In this document: positions 10,301-20,686 of the stretch, piece after piece | Layout: every line of letters begins with the position of its first letter | How positions within the stretch are numbered: position 1 is the first letter of the stretch | NCBI GenBank assembly: GCA_016179745.1 | Contig: JACPCP010000010.1 | Coordinates: forward strand, 3,832-67,831 | Reading direction: 5' to 3' | DNA length: 64,000 nucleotides | Source of the DNA: Candidatus Omnitrophota bacterium | GTDB lineage: Bacteria > Omnitrophota > Omnitrophia > Omnitrophales > JACQLI01 | The notes under the pieces: model-generated | The model's database searches: none | The model's input: only the letters and a program-made list of their open reading frames with translations | What the model was told of the DNA's origin: nothing | Made by a program: the position numbers and the translations under genes

Positions 10301-11980
10301 TTGGGGCGTGGGCTCGAGTAAATTCTGCTCCGAGCCGATCGTAGTCTCGGTGGACGTGATGATTTCTTCACGGATGCAGTCAATGGGCGGGTTCGTGACC
10401 TGGGCGAAGAGTTGCTTGAAGTAATTATAAAGGAGCTGCGGCTTGTTGGAGAGAACGGCGAGCGGCGTGTCCGTTCCCATGGAACCCACGGGCTCCACGC
10501 CATCCTTTCCCATGGGTGCCATGATGATCTTCAGGTCCTCAAAAGTGTAACCAAAGGCCTGCTGGCGGGCGAGCACGGTCCTGTGGTCCGGCTCGTGGAC
10601 GTGCGGGGCCTCGGGTAATTTCTCGAGCGAAACCAGATTGTCGTTCAGCCAGAGCCGGTAAGGCTCCGCCGATGAAATTTTATGTTTCAACTCCTCGTCG
10701 GCTACAATGCGCCCCTCCTCCGTATCAATCAGAAACATTCGGCCCGGCTGCAACCGTCCTTTTTGCAGGACCCGCTCCGGCGGCACGTCCAGAACGCCCA
10801 CCTCGGAAGCCATGATGACCAAACCATCCTTCGTGACGTAATAGCGGGAGGGCCGGAGGCCGTTCCGGTCGAGGACGGCGCCGATCTTGACCCCGTCCGT
10901 GAAGGCAATGGAGGCCGGCCCGTCCCAGGGTTCCATGAGCGAGCTGTGAAATTCGTAGAAGGCCTTTTTCTCGTCGCTCATGCTTTCGTGATTCGACCAC
11001 GGCTCGGGGATCATCATCATCACGGCGTGCGGGAGCGGGCGGCCGGCGAGGACGAGGAACTCCAGGCAATTGTCAAACATGGCGGAGTCGCTCCCGTCCG
11101 GTAAAATGACAGGCAGCAGCTTTTTGATATCGTCTCCGAAAAGTTCTGTTTCACACAGGGCCTGACGGGCGTGCATCCAATTGAGGTTGCCCCGGAGGGT
11201 GTTGATTTCGCCGTTGTGGGCAATGTAGCGATAGGGGTGCGCCCGGTCCCAGCTTGGGAAGGTGTTGGTGCTGAAGCGGGAGTGAACCAGGGCCAGCGCC
11301 GTTTCCACGGCCGGGTCCTCCAGCTCCCGGTAGAAGGGAACGACCTGGGCCGACATCAGCATCCCTTTGTAAACGATCGTCTTGTAGGAAAGGCTTGAGA
11401 TGTAGAAGTAACGGCCGCCCTTCATTCCCGAATAACGGATCGTGTTTTCGGCCCGTCTCCGGATGACGTAAAGTTTCCGCTCAAAGGCCGGGTCCTCCAG
11501 AATTTTCGAACTGCGGCCGATAAAAATTTGACGGACCACCGGCTCACAAGCTTTGGCGGTGTTTCCAAGAAGGGCGTCGTCCGTGGCGACCGTGCGCCAG
11601 CCGAGAAAATGCTGTCCTTCTTCTCGAATGATTTCCTCGAAAAGCTTCTCACATCCCCGGCGCTCCTCTGCGTCGGGAGGAAGGTAGACCATCCCAACCC
11701 CGTATTCTTTCGGAGAAGGAAGTTTAACGCCCGATTTCAAAGCAGCATCTTTGAGAAAAGCGTGGGGGATTTGAAGAAGAATTCCGGCGCCGTCCCCGGT
11801 GTTGGCCTCACAGCCGCAGGCGCCCCGGTGCCGGAGGTTTAAAAGGACCTCCAGGGCCTGCTGGACAATCGGGTGCGATTTTCTCCCTTGGACGTCGACG
11901 ACAAAACCGACGCCGCAGGAATCATGCTCATACCACGGGTCGTAAAGGCCCTGTTTTGCGGGGCGATTCGTGTCATTCAT
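7382..11980 (-). CDS. gltB: Glutamate synthase large subunit
   Basis: [55 protein letters not shown]; 1532 aa. Confidence 0.98.
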   Translation of the reverse strand: MNDTNRPAKQGLYDPWYEHDSCGVGFVVDVQGRKSHPIVQQALEVLLNLRHRGACGCEANTGDGAGILLQIPHAFLKDAALKSGVKLPSPKEYGVGMVYLPPDAEERRGCEKLFEEIIREEGQHFLGWRTVATDDALLGNTAKACEPVVRQIFIGRSSKILEDPAFERKLYVIRRRAENTIRYSGMKGGRYFYISSLSYKTIVYKGMLMSAQVVPFYRELEDPAVETALALVHSRFSTNTFPSWDRAHPYRYIAHNGEINTLRGNLNWMHARQALCETELFGDDIKKLLPVILPDGSDSAMFDNCLEFLVLAGRPLPHAVMMMIPEPWSNHESMSDEKKAFYEFHSSLMEPWDGPASIAFTDGVKIGAVLDRNGLRPSRYYVTKDGLVIMASEVGVLDVPPERVLQKGRLQPGRMFLIDTEEGRIVADEELKHKISSAEPYRLWLNDNLVSLEKLPEAPHVHEPDHRTVLARQQAFGYTFEDLKIIMAPMGKDGVEPVGSMGTDTPLAVLSNKPQLLYNYFKQLFAQVTNPPIDCIREEIITSTETTIGSEQNLLEPTPQSCRQIKLKSPVLTNEEFEKLRHVQHRDFKSVTLSILYKVSEGGKGLERSLEELFKKASQAIRKGTNIIVLSDRGIDREHAAIPALLAVSGLHHHLIREGTRTRVGLVLESGEPREVHHFALLIGYGCGAVNPYLAFETLDDMIRQGILKDIDHKTAVKNYAKAIAKGVVKTMSKMGISTIQSYRGAQIFEAIGLNHSVIDKYFTWTASRVEGIGLEELAEEVRKRHEHAFPERSVNGRTLDPGGQYQWRRDGEYHLFNPETVHKLQLAARTANYKVFKEYSEAVNNHNTHYCTLRGLLDFKFAGKPVPIEEVEPVESIVKRFKTGAMSYGSISQEAHESLAIAMNRIGGKSNTGEGGEDPNRYQLDPNGDSRNSAIKQVASGRFGVTSLYLVNARELQIKMAQGAKPGEGGQLPGQKVYPWIAKVRYSTPGVGLISPPPHHDIYSIEDLAELIHDLKNSNQNARISVKLVAEVGVGTIAAGVAKAHADVVLISGHDGGTGASPQSSIKHAGIPWELGLAETHQTLVLNNLRSRIAVETDGQLKTGRDVVIAALLGAEEFGFATAPLVTLGCIMMRVCHLNTCPVGVATQDPELRKKFTGDPAHAVNFMKFIAQEARELMAQLGFRTVNEMVGRTDRLDAEKAVEHWKARGLDFSAILYQPKAAPDVGRYCQIPQDHGLAKALDHTTLLKICESALTRGEKVEASLPIRNTNRVVGTIVGSELTLRHGPAGLPDDTIHLCFKGSAGQSFGAFIPKGMTLELEGDSNDYIGKGLSGGKIIVYPSKDATFVPEENIIVGNVAFYGATAGEAYIHGMAGERFCVRNSGVNAVVDAVGDHGCEYMTGGRVVVLGPTGRNFAAGMSGGVAYVLDTAGTFPPLCNKQMVELGRLEDREEIEIVRGMIERHVQTTASGRARQILNLWDEMVSKFVKVLPKDYKRVLQALERVKSAGLGGEEAIMAAFEENARDLSRVGGN

Positions 11981-12420
11981 GGAGTGCTGCCCCGGCCATA
12001 AATGTATTCCTTCAGGTAATGGATTTCGTATTCCTGGGCCTCAAGCTGCGACTTGACCACGTCGCCGATCGAGACAATCCCTTCGAGCTTCCCCTCGGCC
12101 ACGACCGGGATGTGCCTCACCCGATTCTGTGTCATCACTCCCATCAGGTAACTGACTTCATCTTCGGGAGAGCCGATAATCACGTTCGTCGTCATGAGCT
12201 CGCTCACCCGCTCCTCGCCGACCCCCTTGGCGTTGTAACACGCTCCCCTGACAATGTCCCTTTCCGAGATGATCCCGACGATCCGCTGGCTTTTGTCCAG
12301 GACCAAGAGCGCCCCGATATTCTGGTTCGCCAAAGTATGCAGCGCCTCCTGGACAGTCTGATCCTCCCGGATCGTCCACACCTTTGAACCCTTGATTTTC
12401 AGAATGTCTTTCAGTTTCAT
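11977..12420 (-). CDS. CBS-domain pair protein
   Basis: [12 protein letters not shown] and [18 protein letters not shown]. Confidence 0.9.
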   Translation of the reverse strand: MKLKDILKIKGSKVWTIREDQTVQEALHTLANQNIGALLVLDKSQRIVGIISERDIVRGACYNAKGVGEERVSELMTTNVIIGSPEDEVSYLMGVMTQNRVRHIPVVAEGKLEGIVSIGDVVKSQLEAQEYEIHYLKEYIYGRGSTP

Positions 12421-12436
12421 AAAAAGTTCCGGGACC

Positions 12437-12697
12437 TCAGCCCGATTTTAAATACTTGGATAATTGACCGGCGCCTTCAAGCCGAAAAAGCTCATCGGCC
12501 CCGCCAATGCATTGGTCCCCAATCACAATGATGGGGACCGTCAGCCAGCCGTAGCGCTCCTCGGCCTCCCGGCGCTTTCCGGCATTGTCTGTCACGTCGA
12601 TTTCCTGGAAGGCAATCCCCTTGCGTTTCAGGAGGTCTTTCGCCCGGACGCAATGGGGACAAGTCCGGGTGGTGTAGATCGAAACGGATTTCGCCAT
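12437..12697 (-). CDS. grxC: Glutaredoxin (Grx3-like)
   Basis: CPHC active site, TVP, IGG; start set to ATG at 12697. Confidence 0.85.
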   Translation of the reverse strand: MAKSVSIYTTRTCPHCVRAKDLLKRKGIAFQEIDVTDNAGKRREAEERYGWLTVPIIVIGDQCIGGADELFRLEGAGQLSKYLKSG

Positions 12698-12701
12698 CTC
12701 G

Positions 12702-13886
12702 TCAACGGACCTGAATGAGTCGCTCGATGACTTCTTCGATGACACGGTTCGGAGTCGAGGCGCCGGCCGTCACGCCGACCTGGACGGGCCCCTTCGGGAG
12801 CCAGCCCCGGGAGCGGACCGGGTCTTTCTGGTGGACCGGTTTGTGCTCAATCTCGCTTTGGGAAATGATGCAGCTTGCGTCCTTGACGTGGTAGGCCGGA
12901 CAAAACTCCAGCGAGATTTCAACTAGGTGGCCCGTATTGCTCGAATTGTAGCCGCCGACCACGATCATGAGGTCCATCCCCTGCCGGCCTAATTTCAAAA
13001 CGGCGTCCTGCCGGTCCTGCGTGGCGGAACAAATCGTGTCGAAGTGACGGAACCGCTTTGGAAGCTCGGCCTCGCCCCACCGTTTCCGGATCGATTCCTG
13101 AAGCAGGTTGGCAATTTCCATCGATTCGCTGGAAAGCATGGTGGTCTGATTGGCGCAGCCGATCCGCTCCAAGTCCCGGTCCGGGTCGAAGCCGGTTGAA
13201 TGGGCCTCTCGAAACTTTTCCAGAAAGGCTTTTCGGTCTCCCGGTCCCTCAATGTAATCGCAGACAATCTGGGTTTCCAATTTATCCCGCACGACGAGGT
13301 ATTTCCCGCCGGCATACTGGGTCGCCCGGGAACTGGTGGCCTGCGTTTCCTCGTGATCGTATTTCCCGTGAATGACGGAGGTGAAGCCCTCCCGGGCGTA
13401 ACTTTCGACCCGCTTCCAGACGCTCATCACCGAGCCGCAGGTCGTGTCCACCAGGACACAGCCTTTTTTCTGGAGCTCGTTCAAATCCTTGGTGGTCGTG
13501 CCGAAGGCCGGGATGATCACAACATCCTCCTCGGTGACCCGCTCGACTCCCCCATCCGTTTGGTAGGGCCCGCTCAAAAACTGAACACCCATCTCGAGGA
13601 GCTTGGAATTGACCCGGGGGTTGTGGATGATTTCGTTGGTGAGGAAAATCCGCTTCTCGGGAAATTGGGCCCGGGTCTCGTAGGCGTAATCGACGGCCCG
13701 GTCCACGCCGTAGCAGAATCCAAACTCTTCGGCGAGACAAATCGTGAGATCGCCGGCTTCGAGCCGGTAGCCTTCCTGTTTGATTCGATCGATCAGGGGA
13801 CTGTGGTAACTCGCCTGAAGCTGGGGGCGGATTTGCTCCTTGAGGCCGAAACTTTTCCGAATGATGGTTTGATTTTGTTCGGGCAT
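12702..13886 (-). CDS. ispH: 4-hydroxy-3-methylbut-2-enyl diphosphate reductase (long form)
   Basis: FGFCYGVDRA, IIHNP, DTTC, HEET, NQTTM, DTICSATQDRQ, SSNT, TAGASTP. Confidence 0.95.
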   Translation of the reverse strand: MPEQNQTIIRKSFGLKEQIRPQLQASYHSPLIDRIKQEGYRLEAGDLTICLAEEFGFCYGVDRAVDYAYETRAQFPEKRIFLTNEIIHNPRVNSKLLEMGVQFLSGPYQTDGGVERVTEEDVVIIPAFGTTTKDLNELQKKGCVLVDTTCGSVMSVWKRVESYAREGFTSVIHGKYDHEETQATSSRATQYAGGKYLVVRDKLETQIVCDYIEGPGDRKAFLEKFREAHSTGFDPDRDLERIGCANQTTMLSSESMEIANLLQESIRKRWGEAELPKRFRHFDTICSATQDRQDAVLKLGRQGMDLMIVVGGYNSSNTGHLVEISLEFCPAYHVKDASCIISQSEIEHKPVHQKDPVRSRGWLPKGPVQVGVTAGASTPNRVIEEVIERLIQVR

Positions 13887-13893
13887 GACGAGG

Positions 13894-14910
13894 CTAGGCG
13901 GCCAGCGGTTGGGCGATCGCCACCTGACGGATGACAACGCCTCCTTCCTCCAGGAGCGCCTTCGCCCTTTCGGCCAGGTCGTAATCCACGTTGTAGACCA
14001 CTTCCCGAATGCCGGCATTGATGATCATCTTCGTGCAAATCAAGCAGGGCGAGTAGGTCGTGTAAAGCGTGGACTCCTTGATCGTGACTCCGTGGTAGGC
14101 GGCCTGCGTGATCGAATTTTCCTCGGCGTGGGAGCACAGGCATTCTTCCAGGTCCTTGCCGGAGGCGCTGAGGTTGTTGCAGCGGGGGCAGCCGCCTTCG
14201 CTGCAATTTTTGACCCCTCGGGGCGTGCCGTTGTAGCCCGTGGAAATAATCCTCCGGTCCTTGACGATGACGGCGGCCACCTTCCTTTTGATGCAATTCG
14301 ACCGGAGCGCCACCATTTTGGCAATTCCGATAAAGTAATCGTCCCAGTCCGGCCGCAGTTCCTTTTTGGAAAAATCGAGGAGCAGCCGTTTGATTTTCTC
14401 GTGGAGGTCCCGGAGCGGGCCGCCGTTTTCAAGCGTGGCGTCGGCCGAGGAAATCGTGCGGTCAAGCTGCTGGTGATCGGAATCCGGGCTCGCTGCTTCT
14501 TTTGCCTCGAGGGCCAGGAACTCCTCAAAAGTGCGGGGGTCATTCTCCCGGCCCCGCTGGCGGAGCCGCTCAAATCGGAGACGCTGGGGGCCCTGAACAT
14601 GGACGAGGGAGAAATCCCGGCGCCGGCGGAAGACCTGGGCCTCGGCCGGGTGACGGATCGAATCGATGATGTAATTTTTCTCGGGGTCGAGCCGGGCGAA
14701 AATCCGCTCGGCCAAAACGCCGGGTCCGGATTCCTTGCGGAGCCGGTTGCCGAGCTCCACCAAAACGTCCCGGGTCACGGGCTGGCCCGCACTGCGGGCC
14801 TCGTCCCGAAGGACATCCGAAAGGGAGAGGGGGACAAAGCCCCGCTCGGCCAGAAACTTTACGGCCTCGCCCTTCCCACCTCCATTTTTCCCGGTCAATC
14901 CGATAATCAT
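13894..14910 (-). CDS. P-loop nucleotide kinase-like domain fused to dCMP deaminase
   Basis: N-terminal IIGLTGKNGGGKG (Walker A-like); C-terminal RPDWDDYF, TGYNG, HAEEN, PCLIC. Confidence 0.88.
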   Translation of the reverse strand: MIIGLTGKNGGGKGEAVKFLAERGFVPLSLSDVLRDEARSAGQPVTRDVLVELGNRLRKESGPGVLAERIFARLDPEKNYIIDSIRHPAEAQVFRRRRDFSLVHVQGPQRLRFERLRQRGRENDPRTFEEFLALEAKEAASPDSDHQQLDRTISSADATLENGGPLRDLHEKIKRLLLDFSKKELRPDWDDYFIGIAKMVALRSNCIKRKVAAVIVKDRRIISTGYNGTPRGVKNCSEGGCPRCNNLSASGKDLEECLCSHAEENSITQAAYHGVTIKESTLYTTYSPCLICTKMIINAGIREVVYNVDYDLAERAKALLEEGGVVIRQVAIAQPLAA

Positions 14911-14969
14911 AACGGCGCTTATTCTATGCCAAAACCGGGCGAACGGCGGAGAAACTTCAAACCCAGGAC

Positions 14970-15203
14970 TTAGGTTTTCTCAAGGACAAGCTGGGTGTCG
15001 GTGTCCCGCACACCTTCAGCTTTTCGAATCGTATCGACGAGGCGGGCAAAGGCATGATAGGGTTCGGCCTCGATGAAGGCAATCATGTCAAACTCCCCGG
15101 TGACTTGATAAACGGAATGGACGCCCGCCATTTGACGGACGGCCTCTTCGACGTGGTCTTCCTTGCCGGGATGGACATCGATCATCACAAAGGCTTTAGG
15201 CAT
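14970..15203 (-). CDS. Stand-alone Lrp/AsnC ligand-binding domain protein
   Basis: KAFVMI..PGKE..V, VTGEFDMIA, GVRDTDT; 77 aa. Confidence 0.8.
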   Translation of the reverse strand: MPKAFVMIDVHPGKEDHVEEAVRQMAGVHSVYQVTGEFDMIAFIEAEPYHAFARLVDTIRKAEGVRDTDTQLVLEKT

Positions 15204-15517
15204 TACTGGACGAGCTTGTTTGTAGGCTTCCGGGGAGGCTCGTTCTTGGGCCGCTCAGGCACCTTGGGGTTGGCCTTGAATTGCGGGGACAGGTCGGCGT
15301 TGATCTTGGCGTAGGCCTGATCGTAATCTTCCGATTCCACGATGGCCCCAATAGGGCATTCCGGGAGGCAGGCGCCGCAGGTAATACAGATGGTGGGATC
15401 AATGACCATGAAAGGTTCATTCTTGTAAGGCCCGGGGTAGATGCAATCCACCGGGCAGACGGCCACGCACGACGCATACTGTTCTCCCAGGCATTTCTCA
15501 GTGATGACATAAGACAT
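15203..15517 (-). CDS. Dicluster (7Fe/8Fe-type) ferredoxin
   Basis: YVITEKC...CVAVCPVDCI and CITCGACLPECP; GAGGAGG RBS. Confidence 0.9.
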   Translation of the reverse strand: MSYVITEKCLGEQYASCVAVCPVDCIYPGPYKNEPFMVIDPTICITCGACLPECPIGAIVESEDYDQAYAKINADLSPQFKANPKVPERPKNEPPRKPTNKLVQ

Positions 15518-15635
15518 TTTTTCCTCCTCGCCGAATCTGGTTTTGGTTCCTCGTTGTTGGGGTATAGTAGCGAACAGAGGGGGGGCTCGTCAACAGCTCT
15601 CATCGGAAATCTTGAATCTTTCGAAGACGCTTGGG

Positions 15636-16469
15636 CTAGTTGGCAGGAATACGATTAACTGTTAATTTCCCTACCTGGCGGTTTCCTTCAACAATGAAAA
15701 AGATAATCCTGACTCTCTCCAAATTCACTCCCTTGAACTCGGAGGTGGGGATCGCCCACACTTGTTCCTTTCCCCGTTTGATCCCTTCGAGAATCACGGA
15801 GGCCTTCCGGCCTTTACTGTCGACAATCTCAAGCTTGACTTCGGAGGGATCTCCTTTGAGACCAAATACCAACCGGGATCTCCCGCTTAGATCCACCGTC
15901 TCAATCTTAGAAGTCCCAAAATGGTCATAGGTAAATCCCCCGCCTGAAAAACCGCCCGTCTTTGTATCATAGCTGAAGAGCATCCCACGACTTGTCTTTT
16001 GGGCTGAAGCTTTGACATTTTGGCCCGAGGGTTTTGTCACAGCCAGAAGCGGCATCTTAAACCTCTGACCCAAGTCCTTGACGATGGTTTGGGGCAAACG
16101 AGAAATCTTGTCCGGGGTCAGGGTGGGATGCGGAGAAATCGTGGTCGAGGGAACGCTCCTGGGACGGCCAATGCTCCCCTCATCCGAATCGAAATCTTCG
16201 TTCTCAGAGGTTGCGGCCTTTGAAAGAGGGCTGTGCTTTTCACTTGCGTCAATTGCATTGAACCTTCCCCTTTCGGCATCGGACGAAGCATTGGGTGCGT
16301 TCGAAGTGGTCTCGACCTCAACGGACTTCACTGGCACGTAATGTCCCCCATCCTGAGCCTGCACTACAACGGGAGCTTCGTCTGCGAGAATGGATCCGGG
16401 AATCGCTAACCCCATTATTACGAATAGAGGAAGGACCCTGCTCAATCTGGATATTCTATTTGTAACCAT
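15636..16469 (-). CDS. Secreted hypothetical protein with low-complexity linker and C-terminal beta-rich, possibly carbohydrate-binding domain
   Basis: Signal-peptide-like N-terminus from ATG 16469, Ser/Asp/Pro-rich linker, C-terminal 'VDLSG..RLVFGLKG...VKLEIVD' segment. Confidence 0.5.
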   Translation of the reverse strand: MVTNRISRLSRVLPLFVIMGLAIPGSILADEAPVVVQAQDGGHYVPVKSVEVETTSNAPNASSDAERGRFNAIDASEKHSPLSKAATSENEDFDSDEGSIGRPRSVPSTTISPHPTLTPDKISRLPQTIVKDLGQRFKMPLLAVTKPSGQNVKASAQKTSRGMLFSYDTKTGGFSGGGFTYDHFGTSKIETVDLSGRSRLVFGLKGDPSEVKLEIVDSKGRKASVILEGIKRGKEQVWAIPTSEFKGVNLERVRIIFFIVEGNRQVGKLTVNRIPAN

Positions 16470-16682
16470 AAGCAATTTCTGTTTCTCCTTTAGCCGCCTG
16501 AAGTTAAGAATTAGTAAACTTCTTAACTGAGAGCAGTGAAATAAGCCTAGCATCTATTCGGAAAAAGTCAAATTCACCTCCGAAAGCTACCCTTTTTCCT
16601 GTGGGAAGCGTCAGGTAATGGAAAAATGCTCGGGAAATCCAAGCGACGTGTGATATACTTTCGCAGAAAAGGAGGCGGTTCC

Positions 16683-16889
16683 ATGCCCATAAGTTGTCCT
16701 GAACCTATTGATTTGACAAAAATTCTGGAACCCTACGAAGGGGAATGGGTAGCTCTTTCTTCGGATCAAAAAAGGGTGATGGGTCATGGTCCAACTCCTC
16801 ACGAAGCCCTCGAGATGGCTAAAGAAAAAGGAGAGAAAGATCCAATTCTTTTTGGTGTGCCGGACGCCTATTCCAGCCATTTCTTGTGA
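16683..16889 (+). CDS. Small DUF5678-like protein
   Basis: AGGAGG RBS; YEGEWVALS....V.GHG....EALE.A...GEKDP; 68 aa. Confidence 0.65.
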   Translation: MPISCPEPIDLTKILEPYEGEWVALSSDQKRVMGHGPTPHEALEMAKEKGEKDPILFGVPDAYSSHFL

Positions 16890-17338
16890 TCCAGACTTTT
16901 CACCTTCCTTAAACAAAAATCCTCACGAAGCCCTCCGAGGCCTTGCCTCAAAGGGCGTTGATCCTCCGACCTATGCTTTCTATCTGGCTTTCGCATGGGG
17001 AGAAGAAAATCCATACGCTTGCCCTCCTTGATTCCGGTGCGGATGACTGTCTTTTCCCGGCATTACTGGGCCGCGAAATCGGGCTTGAGGTGGAGGAAGG
17101 GAAGAAACAGTTTTTCTCCGGAGTCGGTTCCGCGGGCAATGTCTCCTACTTCCATAAGGTTAAAATAGCTTTTGAGTTGGATGAGCATCCTTTTGAATTC
17201 GAATGTTATGCCGGGTTCTCAACAGCGATGGACCTCGTCAAGTTCGGCCTCCTTGGCCGGTACGGCTTTTTTGACCTCTTCAATCGGCTCACCTTTGACA
17301 CCGAACACTCACTCATCGAGATTAATGCTGACTTGTAG
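16886..17338 (+). pseudogene. Retropepsin-like aspartyl protease with an in-frame TAA near the 5' end (or an N-truncated CDS starting at 16943/16973)
   Basis: ALLDSGAD catalytic motif and GLLGRYGFF C-terminal motif. A GTG at 16886 coupled to the upstream stop reads VIQTFHLP*TKIL (TAA 16910-16912). Confidence 0.6.
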
Positions 17339-17403
17339 CAGCGTGGGACGAGCTACCTCCGAACCATAACCTGCTCGGAGATTGGAATTCGCCCCCGTCT
17401 ATC

Positions 17404-17439
17404 TTAAGAACGTTTCACTGCCTAGGTAGTCGTTCTTAA
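17404..17439. other. Intergenic stem-loop
   Basis: TTAAGAACG...CGTTCTTAA 9-bp IR with inner ACTGCC/GGTAGT pairing. Confidence 0.35.
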
Positions 17440-17542
17440 AGAGAAACGAAATCCTCAAGGTCAAGGGACGACCCTGCGGGGCGGGTCCAAAGGCGCAGCA
17501 GTGCCTCGCTCGTGGGGGTTGTGCTAGAATGAGCGCCACTTT

Positions 17543-18280
17543 ATGGAAGCGCTCAAACGGATTTTACTCTCGGTTTACCTTTGGATCGCCGTCATCCTCG
17601 TGACCGTGGGGGTGACTACCCTGATTGTGATCACCTGGCCTCTGGCCCTGGTGGACCCTTCGAGGCGCCTCGCCCACTCCCTCGGGGCCGTTTGGGCCTA
17701 TCTGCTTTTGCATGTCAACCCTCTCTGGCATTTCGAAACCCTGGGAATCAAGAAGCTCAAAAAAGACCAGGCTTACGTTCTCATCTCAAACCACGCAAGT
17801 CTTTCGGACATCGTCTGCCTCTTCAGCCTTCGTCACCCTTTCCGGTGGCTCGCCAAGCGGAGCCTCTTTTACATCCCTTTTCTCGGCTGGGCGATGAAGG
17901 CAATGGGCTCGATTCCGCTTGAACGGGGCCGCCACGGAAGTATCCGTGAGAGTTACGCCCAGTCGCTTGAGTGGCTCCGGCAGGGTGTCTCGGTCCTGAT
18001 TTTTCCGGAGGGGACCCGCAGCCGGACGGGTGAAATGGGAAAATTCAAAAGCGGGGCCTTTAAGCTTGCGATCGAGTCCGGCTGTCCGATCGTGCCTATT
18101 GTCCTCACCGGAACTCAGCAAATCATCGCAAAAGGTAAATCCTCCTTCGGCAGGCCGGGACGGGCGGTGATGAATGTTCTGGATCCGATCGAAACGAGAG
18201 GACTCGACCCCAAAGAGGAAGAAGCGGTCCGTTGCCGGGTGGAAAATTTAATGCGGGCCGAGCTTCGGAGACCTGCTTAG
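17543..18280 (+). CDS. plsC: 1-acyl-sn-glycerol-3-phosphate acyltransferase
   Basis: NHASLSD, FPEGTRS, FKSGAF. Confidence 0.9.
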   Translation: MEALKRILLSVYLWIAVILVTVGVTTLIVITWPLALVDPSRRLAHSLGAVWAYLLLHVNPLWHFETLGIKKLKKDQAYVLISNHASLSDIVCLFSLRHPFRWLAKRSLFYIPFLGWAMKAMGSIPLERGRHGSIRESYAQSLEWLRQGVSVLIFPEGTRSRTGEMGKFKSGAFKLAIESGCPIVPIVLTGTQQIIAKGKSSFGRPGRAVMNVLDPIETRGLDPKEEEAVRCRVENLMRAELRRPA

Positions 18281-19117
18281 ACGCTCGAGGCGTTCGATTC
18301 TTTCTTCGACCGGCGGGTGCGTGCTGAAAAGTTTCACGATCCCTCCCCCTCGAAGCGGATTCACAATAAATAAATGAGCCGTCGTGGGGTTCGCCTCAAC
18401 CATCGGAGTCCGGCGGCTTCCGGCGTCTAATTTCCTCAAAGCACTTGCCAATCCCAAGGGATTTCCGGCCAGTTGGGCGCCCCCTTCGTCTGCGCCAAAT
18501 TCCCTCGAACGGGACACGGCGAGTTGAATCAGAAGCGCCGCAAAAGGGGCGACAATGGCCGTGATCAAAAGCACCAAAGGATTCGCCCCGCCTTCCCGGT
18601 CGCTTCGCCGGCCTCCGCCGAACATCAAGGCCCACCGTGCCATCGAAGAAAGCATGCTGACAGCGCCCGCAATCGTGGCCGCCACAGAGGCAATTAAAAT
18701 ATCCCGGTGTTGAACGTGGGCCAGTTCGTGTCCCAAAACCCCTTTGAGCTCCTCCTCCTCGAGAAGCCGGAGAATCCCTTCCGTCACAGCCACCACGGCG
18801 TGACGGGGATTGCGGCCGGTCGCAAAGGCATTGGGCGCCTCGGAAGGGATCCGAAAAATGCGTGGCATGGGCATCCCGGCTTTCTCAGTCAGTTCACGAA
18901 CGATCCGGTAAACCGCCGGGGCGTCTGATTCAGAAAGCGCCTGAGCTCGATACATCGCTAACACGATCTTGTCGCTGAACCAGTAGGCGCCCAGATTCAT
19001 CACGCAGGCGAAGACAAGCGCTGTCATCATCCCCTGCTGGCCGCCGAGGGCGCCGCCCGCAAAAACCAAAAGAAGCGTCAGGGCCGTCAAAAGGAAAAGG
19101 GTCTTGAAGAAATTCAT
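18248..19117 (-). CDS. htpX: Zinc metalloprotease HtpX
   Basis: [28 protein letters not shown]. Confidence 0.95.
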   Translation of the reverse strand: MNFFKTLFLLTALTLLLVFAGGALGGQQGMMTALVFACVMNLGAYWFSDKIVLAMYRAQALSESDAPAVYRIVRELTEKAGMPMPRIFRIPSEAPNAFATGRNPRHAVVAVTEGILRLLEEEELKGVLGHELAHVQHRDILIASVAATIAGAVSMLSSMARWALMFGGGRRSDREGGANPLVLLITAIVAPFAALLIQLAVSRSREFGADEGGAQLAGNPLGLASALRKLDAGSRRTPMVEANPTTAHLFIVNPLRGGGIVKLFSTHPPVEERIERLERLSRSPKLGPH

Positions 19118-19170
19118 TTTTTACCTCCAAAGACATTTGGTTCGGTTTCTGGTATTTTACTCGCTCTGAA

Positions 19171-20403
19171 ATGAAAAGCAAACCGGCCCTCGCAACGGTA
19201 TTTTTGGCGGTCCTGATTGACCTCATGGGCTTTGGGATCGTCCTGCCGCTCCTCCCGTTCTACGCCTCTCTTTTCAAGGCCTCGCCCGTGGCGATCGGCC
19301 TTCTTTACAGCATTTACTCCTTCGCCCAGCTTGTTTTTTCTCCCATCTGGGGAGGGCTCTCGGACCGGGTCGGGAGAAGGCCGATTATGTTGATGAGCAC
19401 GTTGGGCGCCTCTTTCGCTTACCTCCTTTTCGGCCTGGCCCACACCCTCCCGCTCCTTTTTCTCTCAAGGCTGATTGCCGGAATCATGGGCGGAAATATT
19501 TCCACGGCCCAGGCCTACGTGGCAGATGTCACCCCTCCCGAAAAAAGGGCGCAGGGGATGGGACTCATCGGAGCGGCCTTTGGAATCGGCTTCGTCCTCG
19601 GGCCCGCCATCGCCTCGGTCTTGATTCAGCCGGCCTTCCTTAATTTTTTCAAGATCCCCGTGGAGCACGAGTATGCGATCCCCGGATTTTTTGCGGCGGC
19701 CCTCTCCCTCACGAGCTTCCTCCTCGTTCTCTTTAAACTTCCCGAGACCGTGAAATCCCCGGTTAGAGAAACTGAGGGGCTCTTCAAGTCGAGCGTCTTC
19801 ACAAAAGGCTTTTGGGTTTCCATGACGGAACCGGGGGCCGCCGGGATGAAATTCCTTTTTCCGATACTGGCCGGCTGTGTCTTCCTGTTCTCTTTTGCCC
19901 AGTCCAGCCTTTACAGCTCCTTCCCCCTCTTTTGCGAATCCGAACTCGGCCTGTCGGCGGGGAAGGTCGGCATGCTGTATGCCTATCTCGGGTTGATCGC
20001 CATTTTGATTCAGGGAGGATTGATCCGGGGCCTCGTCAAAAAATTCGGGGAGGAAAAACTTTTTCTGGCCGGGAGTTTTCTTCTGGTCCTGGGATTTGCG
20101 GCCGTCCCCCTGGCCGGGTCGATCCAATTTTTGGTCATGGCGCTCGGTCTTCTGGGATTGGGGGGAGGCCTGACGGGGCCCACGCTGAACAGCCTGATTT
20201 CAAAGGAGGCCGATCCCCGCCGGGTGGGTCAGGCCATGGGGGCCTCCCAGGGAATGGCGGCCCTCGGAAGAGTGATTGGGCCTACCTGGGGAGGGCTTCT
20301 TTACGGCGTCCTTGTCTGGCTCCCCTTCGCCCTGACGGCCCTGATTCTTTCGGTCACAGTCTTAATTGGAAATAAATTACAGCGAATAAAGTCGCCACGC
20401 TGA
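19171..20403 (+). CDS. MFS drug:H+ antiporter (TetA/DHA1-like)
   Basis: DLMGFGIVLPLLP, GGLSDRVGRRP, AQAYVADVT, GAAFGIGFVLGP. Confidence 0.9.
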   Translation: MKSKPALATVFLAVLIDLMGFGIVLPLLPFYASLFKASPVAIGLLYSIYSFAQLVFSPIWGGLSDRVGRRPIMLMSTLGASFAYLLFGLAHTLPLLFLSRLIAGIMGGNISTAQAYVADVTPPEKRAQGMGLIGAAFGIGFVLGPAIASVLIQPAFLNFFKIPVEHEYAIPGFFAAALSLTSFLLVLFKLPETVKSPVRETEGLFKSSVFTKGFWVSMTEPGAAGMKFLFPILAGCVFLFSFAQSSLYSSFPLFCESELGLSAGKVGMLYAYLGLIAILIQGGLIRGLVKKFGEEKLFLAGSFLLVLGFAAVPLAGSIQFLVMALGLLGLGGGLTGPTLNSLISKEADPRRVGQAMGASQGMAALGRVIGPTWGGLLYGVLVWLPFALTALILSVTVLIGNKLQRIKSPR

Positions 20404-20671
20404 AGAGAATCATCAGAAGGTCGGGCATCAGGCGATGATTTTTGTGCCAGGTGCCGAGAAACCGGGCCCCCAGTAAAAAGGCAATCCCCAAACTCGCCAG
20501 CGCTGCCGGGCGGATCCCTCTCTCCATCCCATAGGCGGAGGCGAGGAGCGCCGCTCCGGCAAGGGTTCCGGCCATCAAGGAGGCTTTGCTTTTCGCTTTG
20601 ACAAAGCCGATCACGCCTCCGACGAGATTGAAGATCCCAAACAGAGCGGTGATCCAAACGGCAGGGTTCAT
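20354..20671 (-). CDS. TMEM14 family small membrane protein
   Basis: GGVIGFVKAKSKASLMAG motif, 4 hydrophobic helices; GAGGAGG RBS. Confidence 0.85.
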   Translation of the reverse strand: MNPAVWITALFGIFNLVGGVIGFVKAKSKASLMAGTLAGAALLASAYGMERGIRPAALASLGIAFLLGARFLGTWHKNHRLMPDLLMILFSVATLFAVIYFQLRL

Positions 20672-20686
20672 CTCTGACCTCCTCTT

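Noticed and set aside
17404-17520. Intergenic stem-loop region as ncRNA or mobile element end
   Set aside because: Short single-copy IR, no family motif recognised
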